Positions 1-9,353 of a stretch of DNA of 64,000 nt are shown in pieces. How positions within the stretch are numbered: the first letter of the stretch is position 1; each line of letters begins with the position of its first letter. Below the pieces are notes generated by a model. That model had not been told where the DNA came from, searched no databases, and worked only from the letters and a program-made list of their open reading frames with translations. The stretch lies in IMG/VR virus record IMGVR_UViG_3300024252_000004, positions 310,001 through 374,000 of that record. The stretch is one strand, 5' to 3'. Position numbers and translations under genes: made by a program.

Positions 1-10
1 AAGGAATTTA

Positions 11-277
11 ATGTTTGTTGTTCACTTCAAATCAGAATCTGGTGACAATTACTACTCAGCTTTCGAAAGAAAGCCTGACGATTACGAATTGAAAGTTTGG
101 ATCATTTATCATTGGCCTGAATCAATTGAAGATGGCGTCTGCTATATTCATGTTAATAGCGTTACAGAGTGTGAGTTTTATGACGTAGACGAAGGTGATT
201 TGGATCTCAGAGAGTTGCCGTATCCCGACAAAGTGGAGTGGATGTTGCCGTATCCCGACAAAGTGGAGTGGATGTAA
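11..277 (+). CDS. hypothetical protein ending in a duplicated decapeptide
   Basis: AAGGA RBS before ATG; C-terminus LPYPDKVEWM x2. Confidence 0.7.
   Translation: MFVVHFKSESGDNYYSAFERKPDDYELKVWIIYHWPESIEDGVCYIHVNSVTECEFYDVDEGDLDLRELPYPDKVEWMLPYPDKVEWM
214..275 (+). repeat. 30-bp perfect tandem duplication
   Basis: GTTGCCGTATCCCGACAAAGTGGAGTGGAT at 214-243 and 244-273. Confidence 0.95.
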
Positions 278-699
278 TGTACAAAGTTAACCATGATCAT
301 TTTCGATTGAACGCAGAAGAATCTGCTTGTCTTGACAAACAGTTTGAATCACTCATAATTAAGCACGCTCATTTTATTATGAAGAACGGTTTAAGTCATT
401 TTTTTGTGGTTGCTATTGAGGATAAAGAATTTCGGATAAAGTTTAAGTGGCCAAAGGGTTCCTGGGTTGATGCCGACGATGGACGCGGGAAGAGAATAGC
501 TGATGATGCAGTTCCTATTGGGGCGACAATGCAATACAGGGATTATAGAAAAAACGCTTATGATCATGGTGCTGTTGAAAAATATACCTGCTCTGAGTTT
601 TACAATAAAACAATGATTGATCTGAATGATATCTTTGGTAGGACGTTGAGAGCACAAATGAGGTATCACGATCATAAATGCAATTTTTGTGAGTCTTGA
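277..699 (+). CDS. hypothetical protein
   Basis: ATG overlapping the upstream stop (TAATG); ORF track extends it to 238. Confidence 0.65.
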   Translation: MYKVNHDHFRLNAEESACLDKQFESLIIKHAHFIMKNGLSHFFVVAIEDKEFRIKFKWPKGSWVDADDGRGKRIADDAVPIGATMQYRDYRKNAYDHGAVEKYTCSEFYNKTMIDLNDIFGRTLRAQMRYHDHKCNFCES

Positions 700-718
700 A
701 TAGTTAGGTTTGAAATAA

Positions 719-795
719 GGGTGGCGTGGTGTAATTGGCTAACACGCTGGACTGTCTATCCGGAATTTGGGGTTCAAATCCCCCGTTGCCCGCCA
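719..795 (+). tRNA. tRNA-Asp(GTC), best folded with an 8-bp acceptor and 4-bp T-stem
   Basis: Acceptor GGGTGGCG/CGTTGCCC, D-stem GTGT/ACAC, anticodon stem CTGGA/TCCGG, loop CT-GTC-TA, T-loop TTCAAAT, discriminator G, encoded CCA. Confidence 0.9.
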
Positions 796-805
796 AGGAA
801 ATGTT

Positions 806-1171
806 ATGAATGTAACGGAAGTTATATCAAAGATATCAGAGTCTAAGTTTTTCGACATCGAAACAACTCAATATCTGATGATTGTAAACATAAAACGCAC
901 ACACTTTTATTTTGTTATTGATTATGAATCGTCTCTGTTTTCTCTTTATAACTATGAGCATAATCTTCAAATTAAAAAACCTGATGGTTCATGGGTTAAT
1001 TTAAAAGGGGAGCCTATCATCACTCATTGGAGTGTTTTCGACATAACCGAGAAGATGGTAGGAAAATTCTCTCAAAAATACATCGAGGAATTTGAAGAGT
1101 TTGTGATGATAGATCTGCTCTTCATGAGTTCTGAATATAAATTAGAGGAAGCTGAATGGCCAAAGAATTAA
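806..1171 (+). CDS. hypothetical protein
   Basis: ATG after the tRNA with AAGGA RBS; the track start at 767 lies inside the tRNA. Confidence 0.65.
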   Translation: MNVTEVISKISESKFFDIETTQYLMIVNIKRTHFYFVIDYESSLFSLYNYEHNLQIKKPDGSWVNLKGEPIITHWSVFDITEKMVGKFSQKYIEEFEEFVMIDLLFMSSEYKLEEAEWPKN

Positions 1172-1551
1172 ATTCCGAATACAAATACCTAATCCCTTAC
1201 TTATCTCCCCTTCTTCAGGGTTTTGCAGCCCATTTCCCCCTTGATGAACTTGGCGGTGCAAGACAACTTGAATCCTTTAAAAAGGTTGAAGATTCGGACG
1301 GAGAGTTCGCAATCGCAGTTTCATATTGGATTGAAGGCGGAGATAGCCCGAATATAGAAACGGATTTGTTTTTGGTCTGTGACGAATCTTATGAGAAGCT
1401 TGCCAACTCAATGCTTCAAGATTTTGCCGCCAATAATGAAGAATACTACAAAGTTAAAATAATACACAGCTACGGGAAAGTTGTTCAATTTGTCCCAAAA
1501 GCGGAAAAGATTATACTTGAGAAGGTTAGTTATAACTTTCTTGAAGTGTAA
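1156..1551 (+). CDS. hypothetical protein
   Basis: GAGG RBS, operon-like packing. Confidence 0.65.
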   Translation: MAKELNSEYKYLIPYLSPLLQGFAAHFPLDELGGARQLESFKKVEDSDGEFAIAVSYWIEGGDSPNIETDLFLVCDESYEKLANSMLQDFAANNEEYYKVKIIHSYGKVVQFVPKAEKIILEKVSYNFLEV

Positions 1552-1654
1552 CGTATATCATAGCGCGAGCCGTAAGCTCATTGATCTTTATAAAAATGCG
1601 ACCAAGTTAGTATGAGCTATGACGGAAACCTTGGTTTGAGGAACGGTGAATTAG

Positions 1655-2350
1655 TTGAGTGATTTCAAAATTTTGATTGGGGATGACTTTTCGGGCATGT
1701 CTGCGGAAGAGATCCGTGCATACTATGACGGCATGACCATTGAGCAAAAAGCAGAGCACAAGGCAGAACAGGATCGTCGCTGGAAAGAGGAAGCGCGTAT
1801 TCGAAAGAAAAAGTATGCTGCAAAGCGAGTTGTAATCAACGAATACTACGATTCTTTCAACAAAGTTCTTACCTTGACTGAGGAAGATAAGCGTCACCTT
1901 TTTGAAGGTACCCATCCAAGGTTCAGGTTCAAGTCTGGATATAACAGATATGGTGCAGGTCATAAGTTATCCGCAAAACACTTGGATTGGAAATTTCATC
2001 CTGACGAAACGTACACAGCGAACGTTACGTTCACGGATGGTCACTCAACGTTCACCGTTACTCTTAGAGCAGAGGACAATCCTCACAAAGATGCGATTAA
2101 GCCGTGGCTAAACATGCCAGACGAAATCAAACCGAAATGGGGTGATGATATCATCCCGAAAGAATATAAGAGATTCTCGGTCAGCGAACCGGAACACACG
2201 ACGTATGCACTTTATACGGTGTATGCGAGAGACGAGGATCACCTTCAGGTGCTTCTTGACAATGGAATTCTTGACGATATGGATTCAGAAGATAGAGAGA
2301 GTGGCTATTCTAACGACAAGGTCACATTTAATGAAGATACTAGTTGGTAA
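1655..2350 (+). CDS. hypothetical protein
   Basis: 231-aa ORF after an intergenic gap, GAGGA upstream. Confidence 0.7.
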   Translation: MSDFKILIGDDFSGMSAEEIRAYYDGMTIEQKAEHKAEQDRRWKEEARIRKKKYAAKRVVINEYYDSFNKVLTLTEEDKRHLFEGTHPRFRFKSGYNRYGAGHKLSAKHLDWKFHPDETYTANVTFTDGHSTFTVTLRAEDNPHKDAIKPWLNMPDEIKPKWGDDIIPKEYKRFSVSEPEHTTYALYTVYARDEDHLQVLLDNGILDDMDSEDRESGYSNDKVTFNEDTSW

Positions 2351-2373
2351 CACACAACAAGGAGTTGTTTTAG

Positions 2374-3168
2374 ATGAATTTTAGAAATTTTGTTTTGTTC
2401 GCGGCGCTTACCAGCGTCATTGGTTGCGCCACTGTAGAGCCAGGTAATGCCGGCGTTGTAGTTGATTGGGATGGTGTGCAGGAAATTCCACTTCCAGAAG
2501 GCTTTCATCAGATCAATGTATTCACTGATACGGTAGTCAATTATCCTGTGAAGATTCAGGTTTATAATGCGCCAGCAAGTGCTATGTCGAAGGATATGCA
2601 GCTTGCAAACACACAAGTTACTGTTAATTATAAAGTAGCAATCGCAGATGCTCCCGGACTCTATCAGTCCGTTGGTATGATTGATGACGTTGAGGCTGTC
2701 CTTATCCGACCCAAGGTTCAGGATACTGTCAAGAAGTACACTGCACAGTACGCTGCGGAACAGCTTATTGGTGACAGAGAAGCAGTGACTGTTGCTATCA
2801 AAGAGGAACTTGTTGCGGAGCTTGCGGAACTCGATATCACAGTAACGGAAGTGTCTCTGACTAACTTCAATTTCGCGGAAGAATTCCAGAAAGCGGTTGA
2901 GGATAAACAGATTGCTGAGCAGCAGGCAAAGACTGCGATGAATCAGGTAGCAATCGAAGAGGCAGAGGCAGCGAAGACTGTGGTTAGAGCAGTTGCTGAA
3001 GCTGAGTCAACCCTTGCATTGGCACGGGCACAGGCAGAGGCTAACAAGCTGCTTGATCGTTCGCTTACCGAGAAGGTGATTCGGTACGAGATGGTTAAGA
3101 AGTGGGACGGTGTCAACTCCAAGGTTGTATCCGGTAACGGTAGCGGCCTCCTTATCTCAGTAGAGTAA
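2374..3168 (+). CDS. SPFH/band-7 (prohibitin-like) membrane protein, possible lipoprotein
   Basis: Signal peptide ending VIGC; VEPGNAGVVV, PEGFH, SKDMQ, EFQKAVEDKQIAEQQA coiled coil. Confidence 0.9.
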   Translation: MNFRNFVLFAALTSVIGCATVEPGNAGVVVDWDGVQEIPLPEGFHQINVFTDTVVNYPVKIQVYNAPASAMSKDMQLANTQVTVNYKVAIADAPGLYQSVGMIDDVEAVLIRPKVQDTVKKYTAQYAAEQLIGDREAVTVAIKEELVAELAELDITVTEVSLTNFNFAEEFQKAVEDKQIAEQQAKTAMNQVAIEEAEAAKTVVRAVAEAESTLALARAQAEANKLLDRSLTEKVIRYEMVKKWDGVNSKVVSGNGSGLLISVE

Positions 3169-3169
3169 A

Positions 3170-3232
3170 ATGGAAGCATTTATAATCTTGGCAACTATAG
3201 CTATTTGCCTACTGCTTTTCTTTGACGATTAA
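3170..3232 (+). CDS. 20-aa hydrophobic peptide (MEAFIILATIAICLLLFFDD)
   Basis: Translated by hand; starts 1 nt after the SPFH stop. Confidence 0.45.
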   Translation: MEAFIILATIAICLLLFFDD

Positions 3233-3248
3233 AAAATGGAGGCCGTTT

Positions 3249-3323
3249 ATGGCTTGGTATATATGGTTAATCATAGCGATATGTTGCCTCATACTAATCT
3301 GCAAACGGCCTCCGCACATTTGA
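3249..3323 (+). CDS. 24-aa hydrophobic peptide (MAWYIWLIIAICCLILICKRPPHI)
   Basis: GGAGG RBS 6 nt upstream; translated by hand. Confidence 0.5.
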   Translation: MAWYIWLIIAICCLILICKRPPHI

Positions 3324-3330
3324 GGACCCT

Positions 3331-3567
3331 ATGTCTATTTACGCTGTAATTTTAATTTTGGTTATGATTGGGCTTATCGCCGCAGGGATTAAATTCCTTC
3401 CAGGCTATATTCATAAGATCCAGATGAATGCAAGAAAAGTTGAGCTATTGGATCTTGAGATTGAAAAGAAAAGAAGCCAGCAGGCGGACGAGGAATTGAA
3501 TAGTTATCTCAGTGATGACGAGAGAGCCGAAATGCGCCGAAAAGCGGAGCAGGCACAAAGGAGTTAA
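3331..3567 (+). CDS. small single-pass membrane protein with coiled coil
   Basis: N-terminal hydrophobic helix; GAGGA RBS; TACTAAT 39 nt upstream. Confidence 0.7.
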   Translation: MSIYAVILILVMIGLIAAGIKFLPGYIHKIQMNARKVELLDLEIEKKRSQQADEELNSYLSDDERAEMRRKAEQAQRS

Positions 3568-3569
3568 AG

Positions 3570-4220
3570 ATGAAAGTAGTATGCATATCAGATACGCACA
3601 ACAAACATGAACAAATTGAGATACCAGAGTGCGATCTGCTTTTGCATACCGGAGACTTTTCGTCCAGAGGCTATAAGCACGAGTTTCAAAACTTTGTCAA
3701 GTGGCTGGACAAACAGCCTGCAAAGCACAAAGTATTTATATCTGGCAATCACGATTACATTTGCCAAAAAGAACGAGAGTTTGTTGCGGAATTCGTAGCA
3801 GACTACGATGTTCATTACTTGCTTGATAGCTCCGTTGAAATAGAAGGTCTCAAAATCTATGGCAGCCCTTGGCAGCCTTGGTTTCACAATTGGGCCTTCA
3901 ACTTCAATAAGAATGATCATGCTCAGGCTATATCAACTTGGGCTAAAATCCCTGATGATACTGATGTATTACTTACACATGGGCCACCATACAAGGTCCT
4001 TGATAGAGTGGCGAGAGTCATGCATGCTGGAGAAGATCCGAATGTTGGGTGCAAGTTCCTTTTAGGAAGAGTCATGGAAGTTAAGCCAAAGCTTCATGTT
4101 TTCGGACATATCCACGAGGCTTATGGGCAGCTTGAGCACAACGGAACACTTTTCATTAATGCTGCGAGTTGCACCTTACAATATCAGCCAACTAACTTAG
4201 CGACAGTAACGGAGCTATGA
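3570..4220 (+). CDS. calcineurin-like metallophosphoesterase
   Basis: SDTH, HTGD, GNHD, THGPP, GHIHE motifs. Confidence 0.92.
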   Translation: MKVVCISDTHNKHEQIEIPECDLLLHTGDFSSRGYKHEFQNFVKWLDKQPAKHKVFISGNHDYICQKEREFVAEFVADYDVHYLLDSSVEIEGLKIYGSPWQPWFHNWAFNFNKNDHAQAISTWAKIPDDTDVLLTHGPPYKVLDRVARVMHAGEDPNVGCKFLLGRVMEVKPKLHVFGHIHEAYGQLEHNGTLFINAASCTLQYQPTNLATVTEL

Positions 4221-4272
4221 TGTTCTTGATCACAATGGTGAAGACGGTTGATGCCTTATGCAGGGGGAGATA

Positions 4273-4773
4273 ATGAAGACAAGAACATTTCAAGAGTACC
4301 ATAAAGAGATTATGTCTCAGAAAAGGTACGGTGAAGATACATTTAAGGATTTCATTGAAACATGTTTTAAGCATTGTCCTGACCTTTTGGCCATCAGGCT
4401 GAGAGGTTGGACTCCAAGCTTCAATGATGGTGATCCTTGCTATCACTCAGAAGATCTAAAAGTTCTTTTTCGTGACGATGTTTACGGTTTCGATTGGGCA
4501 GTTCATTTTCATGAAAAGTACGAAAGTATTTGCGAAGAAATCTTTTTAATAAAAGCGACCCCGTCTCGTTGGAACGAAAAAGAAATGCACTACGGCGGCA
4601 TGAGTCGTGAGGATATCGCTGCTCTTGGAGATTGTCCGAAAAAAAGAGTCCTTTACGCTATTCGAAATCAATTCTATGCGGAACATGCTTATGGCACAGA
4701 TTATGAGTTGATCATCGATAGGACAGAGGAAGGTACGGATATCGAGTACAGACAGTACGAATGTGGTTACTGA
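4273..4773 (+). CDS. hypothetical phage protein (WTPSFNDGDPC motif)
   Basis: GGGAG RBS; 166-aa ORF. Confidence 0.7.
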   Translation: MKTRTFQEYHKEIMSQKRYGEDTFKDFIETCFKHCPDLLAIRLRGWTPSFNDGDPCYHSEDLKVLFRDDVYGFDWAVHFHEKYESICEEIFLIKATPSRWNEKEMHYGGMSREDIAALGDCPKKRVLYAIRNQFYAEHAYGTDYELIIDRTEEGTDIEYRQYECGY

Positions 4774-4775
4774 TT

Positions 4776-5063
4776 TTACGAGAGAAGGTCTTCTTCGACA
4801 ATTGATTCTACCATGCATCTAACGTCCCAAAAGAGTGGGGACTTAAACCATTCCCCTCTTTTGACGTACGATGAAACAAGTCTCTGATGGCACTCTTTCT
4901 CTAATTTGTAAACCTTCTCAGAAGGTAATGAATAGATTTCTATCAGTTCCAATGATTCAGAAGAACCAGTTTGTAACTGTTTCAGTCGCTTGGCAGGGTT
5001 TTTGCTAACACCGATTTTAAGGTCAGTGCCATTACTTATGATGTAAAGGTATGAAGTTTCCAT
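4776..5063 (-). CDS. GIY-YIG/T5orf172 (MUG113-like) nuclease-domain protein
   Basis: YLYII..LKIGVSKNPAKRLKQLQTG..LEKECH..GEWF. Confidence 0.85.
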   Translation of the reverse strand: METSYLYIISNGTDLKIGVSKNPAKRLKQLQTGSSESLELIEIYSLPSEKVYKLEKECHQRLVSSYVKRGEWFKSPLFWDVRCMVESIVEEDLLS

Positions 5064-5110
5064 GAGAACACCTAATATTTCGGGTAGGATTGTGAGTGAG
5101 GGTATCATTT

Positions 5111-5524
5111 ATGCAAGAATACGATTCGTTATATGATGAAGCACACGATCTCCTTTGGGGAAATCATTTTACAAGAGTTCTCCGGAACGGAGCCATGATT
5201 GAAGCTGAGCTTCGATGGGGACTACCCGGACCAGAAATAGGAGAAGTCTGCATTGACAAATACGGATGCGACTCTGAAGATATCTTCTATTGGGCGTCGC
5301 AAACTCTTAATGAATCTTACGCTTTGCCTACGCATGTTGAGAAAGCAATTATGGAATCGGATGAATATGTTTCATTTGCATTGCGTATAGATAAGGTTAA
5401 TAAAGAAGTCAAAAGCATTCAGAAAGAGAAGGGTGACAAGAAGTTCTATCAGCAATTTCTTAACGATTTAGAAGACGACCCTGACAATAACAAAGTTATG
5501 TTTCATAAAAGCTTAACTAAATAA
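5111..5524 (+). CDS. hypothetical protein
   Basis: GAGGG RBS, 137-aa ORF. Confidence 0.65.
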   Translation: MQEYDSLYDEAHDLLWGNHFTRVLRNGAMIEAELRWGLPGPEIGEVCIDKYGCDSEDIFYWASQTLNESYALPTHVEKAIMESDEYVSFALRIDKVNKEVKSIQKEKGDKKFYQQFLNDLEDDPDNNKVMFHKSLTK

Positions 5525-5528
5525 TCTC

Positions 5529-5614
5529 GGCCCCTTGGTGGAATTGGTTTACACAGCAGGTTCAAATTCTGTGCGCTTATGCGTTTCTCGGTTCGAGTCC
5601 GAGAGGGGCTACCA
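5529..5614 (+). tRNA. tRNA-Leu(CAA), class II (long variable arm)
   Basis: Acceptor GGCCCCT/AGGGGCT, anticodon loop TT-CAA-AT, variable arm GCGC-TTAT-GCGT, T-arm CTCGG-TTCGAGT-CCGAG, A-CCA end. Confidence 0.95.
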
Positions 5615-5627
5615 AAAGGAAATTAAA

Positions 5628-5990
5628 ATGGGATATTACACTGACTTCTCTCTTGAAATGATTGGTTCTGAAAATGATATTCGCAAAGTTCATATCGGAT
5701 TGGAAATGCAAAACTGCAATTGTCCAGATAGTCATGCCGATATCTTTAGCACAATAGCTTCCCTTGAATCAGGTGACGCTGTCGGGTGGAAATGGTACAA
5801 TAGTAAAGATGATATGGTAACATTTTCAAAGCATTTCCCCAATGTTCTATTCGTTTTAGAAGGCGAGGGAGCAGATAGCGAAGATATGTGGAGACTCTAT
5901 GTGAGGGGTGGAAGGTTCTTTGTGGTTGAGCCAGAAATTATCTGGCCAGAATTTGACGAATTAGATATATCGAAACACCTCGGAGAATAA
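5628..5990 (+). CDS. conserved-looking phage hypothetical protein (MGYYTDF..KWY..LEGEG)
   Basis: AAGGA RBS right after the tRNA; the track start at 5535 is inside the tRNA. Confidence 0.75.
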   Translation: MGYYTDFSLEMIGSENDIRKVHIGLEMQNCNCPDSHADIFSTIASLESGDAVGWKWYNSKDDMVTFSKHFPNVLFVLEGEGADSEDMWRLYVRGGRFFVVEPEIIWPEFDELDISKHLGE

Positions 5991-5992
5991 AG

Positions 5993-6907
5993 ATGCACCT
6001 AACGTCAATAGAACAAATTGACCGAGAGACATTAGAGAAGTTATTCCAAAGAGCGGATTACTGGAAAAGAATAAGAACACAAAAGCTTACAACAATTAAG
6101 CCGCTTCAGGGCCGCTTATTGACAAACCTATTTTATGAGCCATCGACAAGGACTGCATCATCGTTCTTTGCGGCGGCTTCTTTTCTTGGTGCCTCTGTTA
6201 ATCAAATTACCAATGTAGCTTTCTCTTCTGTATCAAAAGGCGAAACGTTTGAAGACACCATTCTGACTCTCGCACAATACTCTGACGGAATTATCTTAAG
6301 GCACCCTGAGAAAGGGTACGCAGACTTAGCCGCCAGTGTGTCTCCTGTCCCCATCATTAATGCTGGGGATGGCACAGGTGAACACCCTACTCAGACGCTA
6401 CTTGATTTATATACAATATACTCAGAGCTTGGCAGGATAGATGACTTAGCTGTGGCAATGGTTGGTGATCTTAAAAATGGGCGAACAGTTCATAGTTTAA
6501 CTAAAGCGTTTGCAAAGTACGAAACAGAAACCGATCTTATTTTCATCTCTCCAGAAGAGCTTAAGATGCCCGAAGAGTATTGCGAAGTCTCTAAGGTTCT
6601 TGGGATACAAGAAACAGAAGATATGACTTCCGCAATGGAAAATAATCATATCGATGTACTGTATATGACTCGCATACAAAAAGAGCGCTTCAATAATCAA
6701 GAAGATTATAAAAGGTATCATGGCTGCTATGAGCTTACGCCAAAAGAAATGAAGCTCATGCCGGACGAATCATGTGTCCTTCATCCCTTGCCAAGGGTTG
6801 GGGAGATATCGTCAGAGGTTGATCACGACCCAAGGGCTGCATACTTTCGTCAAGTAAAGAATGGTATGTTCATGAGAATGGCGATATTAGAGGCATTAAT
6901 TTCTTAA
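5993..6907 (+). CDS. pyrB: aspartate carbamoyltransferase catalytic subunit
   Basis: FYEPSTRT, SKGE, INAGDG, HPTQTLLD, YMTRIQKER, HPLPR. Confidence 0.97.
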   Translation: MHLTSIEQIDRETLEKLFQRADYWKRIRTQKLTTIKPLQGRLLTNLFYEPSTRTASSFFAAASFLGASVNQITNVAFSSVSKGETFEDTILTLAQYSDGIILRHPEKGYADLAASVSPVPIINAGDGTGEHPTQTLLDLYTIYSELGRIDDLAVAMVGDLKNGRTVHSLTKAFAKYETETDLIFISPEELKMPEEYCEVSKVLGIQETEDMTSAMENNHIDVLYMTRIQKERFNNQEDYKRYHGCYELTPKEMKLMPDESCVLHPLPRVGEISSEVDHDPRAAYFRQVKNGMFMRMAILEALIS

Positions 6908-6927
6908 TTTCCCACAAGATGGTATGT
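6902..6927 (+). promoter_or_regulatory. promoter-like motif B (TCTAA-N14-GKTATA), degenerate copy
   Basis: TCTTA-ATTTCCCACAAGAT-GGTATGT. Confidence 0.6.
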
Positions 6928-6992
6928 GGAGAAGAACGGTCCCCAAATGGATACCGGATTAAAATCTGGTGTTTCACAGAATAGGAAGCTAA

Positions 6993-7610
6993 ATGAGTTG
7001 TTACGAATGGGAAGAGGGCTCTATCAAAATACCTGTAAGCCATTGGCCTATGATTAAAAAGGCAGTTAGGGATGCCTATAACAAGCATCAAGAGGCGGAA
7101 TACATGGCGGCTCTTTCGGTGTATAATCGGGTATGCGCCGCCGGTAAGGGGCGACGCAATTTTGATTTTCGAGCAGCAGAGCGCAAGCTGAGCTATGAGA
7201 ATACGGATCGTTACCTTCTTCCCTGGCTAAAATTCAACGCATCTGAGAAACCGTTAAAACCGAAAAAGAAAGATTTTTCAAAAGCCACAAGCACCTCCAC
7301 TCTGTACTCATATGACGAAATCGTTATCGGCTTCGATAACAAGACCCGCTGTATTGAGTGGCGCGTCAGCGAAAACAACCGAGCAGTAGAGCGTGCTCAT
7401 GGGCACCCTGTCAGCAAAGCGTTCTTTTCGGAATTGAACAGGGTAAACTGGACCTCCAAAACTGGAGGCGTTTTCGTTGGCAATGATGAGTATAACAGAG
7501 AAGACTATAGTGCCGGTGGTGGTGGAAACTATATAACCAAATACTATGGTGGAATCGGAAAACGAGAAGCTGGTTTTAGTTCAAAACGTTCTTTGTTTAG
7601 CGGTTACTAA
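6993..7610 (+). CDS. hypothetical protein
   Basis: AGGA RBS; 205-aa ORF after motif B. Confidence 0.75.
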   Translation: MSCYEWEEGSIKIPVSHWPMIKKAVRDAYNKHQEAEYMAALSVYNRVCAAGKGRRNFDFRAAERKLSYENTDRYLLPWLKFNASEKPLKPKKKDFSKATSTSTLYSYDEIVIGFDNKTRCIEWRVSENNRAVERAHGHPVSKAFFSELNRVNWTSKTGGVFVGNDEYNREDYSAGGGGNYITKYYGGIGKREAGFSSKRSLFSGY

Positions 7611-7620
7611 AAGGATATTT

Positions 7621-8262
7621 ATGCCAGTTTATTACGGAATTCAAACAATCTTTATACACATTCCTAAATGTGCAGGAAGCGGAATGGCTCAAAAGCTATT
7701 CGCCCTTAACGAAAGTGGCGATGGGCTGAGTCAAGAGGTCGATAAGCATGAGAGTGCTTATGCTGTTGCAAATTATCTCAAGTACGATCTGTTCCTTCAG
7801 TTTTTCAAATTTGGATTTGTCAGGAACCCTTACGACAGAATGGTGTCGTGGTTCCATTACTACCAGAAACTATGGAAAAATCCAGACGAAGAACCATGCA
7901 GTCAAGATTGCATTGATCGGTTTCTTGAAATGGATTTTGATACATGGATCAAATCCCTTAAGAGGCATGAGGAAGGCGGGTGTCGTTCAGAAACTGCATG
8001 TCCGTTTCACTTTATCGCCAACCAGTATCAATATTTGATCTGGAGGGATGGAAGAATCTTTGTGGATTTTGTTGGTAAGGTTGAGAATATCGATGAAGAC
8101 TGGAGTTATGTTTGCGAAAAGGTTGGCCTTCCTCAAGAGAAGCTGGATGTATCCAATAGATCTGATAGGGAAGACTATCGAACTTATTACACGGAAGAAA
8201 CTAAGGCTATTGTCACAGCGCAATATGAAAAAGACTTAGAATATTTTGATTACTCATTCTGA
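7621..8262 (+). CDS. sulfotransferase family 2 protein
   Basis: 5'PSB FIHIPKCAGS, 3'PB FVRNPYDRMVS, C-terminal YEKDLEYFDYSF. Confidence 0.9.
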   Translation: MPVYYGIQTIFIHIPKCAGSGMAQKLFALNESGDGLSQEVDKHESAYAVANYLKYDLFLQFFKFGFVRNPYDRMVSWFHYYQKLWKNPDEEPCSQDCIDRFLEMDFDTWIKSLKRHEEGGCRSETACPFHFIANQYQYLIWRDGRIFVDFVGKVENIDEDWSYVCEKVGLPQEKLDVSNRSDREDYRTYYTEETKAIVTAQYEKDLEYFDYSF

Positions 8263-8273
8263 GAGGTAACATC

Positions 8274-8585
8274 ATGGAAGATACTGTAGGGCATATTCGC
8301 CACATCAACTACATGGTCCGCAATTTAGAGCGTGAGTTTGTGTTCTCGGATGGGTCTGGGCCAAAAATTATGATCGAAGACTATTGTTCTAAAAATTGGT
8401 CTTATGATCCTGATTCGAAAAAAGTGACCATTTCATTTGTGGGGGGATACTGGAATTCTTTTGAAGTGTTAGATGTGGCAAAAGGATCAGAGGTCACTCT
8501 TTTTTCTGTCAAATATGACACTGACACGCACAATTCTTATTTGGCCGTATCTAACCATAAGGAAAGCCATGAACAGGTTGACTAA
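8274..8585 (+). CDS. hypothetical protein
   Basis: GAGGT RBS. Confidence 0.65.
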   Translation: MEDTVGHIRHINYMVRNLEREFVFSDGSGPKIMIEDYCSKNWSYDPDSKKVTISFVGGYWNSFEVLDVAKGSEVTLFSVKYDTDTHNSYLAVSNHKESHEQVD

Positions 8586-9270
8586 AACTGTAAAGATTGG
8601 CAGAATAGACTTAGAGAAATTGGGTTTAATTCTGTCTCATTTTAGAAATGTAAATTGTAACTCACGAAACTCTGCCCTTCCAATGCTTGAAGAGATATTT
8701 GATAAGGAATCTGCTGAGGCATTAGCGTACTACATTGAGCCGCCAACTCAGATTAAGAAAGAAGATGTGCAAAAAACCATTGAGCGAGCATATAATGATG
8801 GTGTGTTTTCGCCATACCTTGCCGCCTGTAACATTATTCATATAGATCATATTGGAAATCCGGAACTGTTTATCGGGATTGCTAAGATAATTATGTGTGC
8901 TGTAACTGAAGGTAAAATTACTGAGTTGTTGATATCATTATATGAACTTAGCTTTATTTCGGCCCTATCATTAGACACAAGATCATCGATGATTGCTTGG
9001 ATATTTTCCAACAGAGAACACTTGACTGACGAAGTGTTGAAGATATGCAGATCGCCTTTCTTTTTTCCATCCGATGCAAGTGCGATGGTGATCCAGTTAA
9101 TTAAAATGGAAATGTACGACGAAGCGGTTGAGTTTTCAATCGAGAACGAAGGGGAGCATCTTCGGTACCTGCTTGCGTCGGAGCTTCCTATTGAATATAT
9201 GGCTCACTTGATGGACTCACCCGCCAGTGTTATGGAAGTTATTGATGAAAGATTGCAGAACGAAAGCTGA
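8569..9270 (+). CDS. hypothetical alpha-helical protein
   Basis: AAGGA RBS before ATG 8569. Confidence 0.7.
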   Translation: MNRLTKTVKIGRIDLEKLGLILSHFRNVNCNSRNSALPMLEEIFDKESAEALAYYIEPPTQIKKEDVQKTIERAYNDGVFSPYLAACNIIHIDHIGNPELFIGIAKIIMCAVTEGKITELLISLYELSFISALSLDTRSSMIAWIFSNREHLTDEVLKICRSPFFFPSDASAMVIQLIKMEMYDEAVEFSIENEGEHLRYLLASELPIEYMAHLMDSPASVMEVIDERLQNES

Positions 9271-9284
9271 ATGCTTCGAAATTT

Positions 9285-9310
9285 TCTAAAATTCCTGTAG
9301 GACGTTATAG
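9285..9310 (+). promoter_or_regulatory. promoter-like motif B
   Basis: TCTAA-AATTCCTGTAGGAC-GTTATAG, intergenic. Confidence 0.7.
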
Positions 9311-9353
9311 GTTTTCGAAGCGATACTTCAACCCTTAACCAAGGAAATTTAAC

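Noticed and set aside
7605-7611. TACTAAA as a late promoter for the sulfotransferase (similar site at 41977)
   Set aside because: It mismatches the consensus and its 16-nt spacing is outside the 33-56 nt range; the 41977 site (59 nt) is equivocal.
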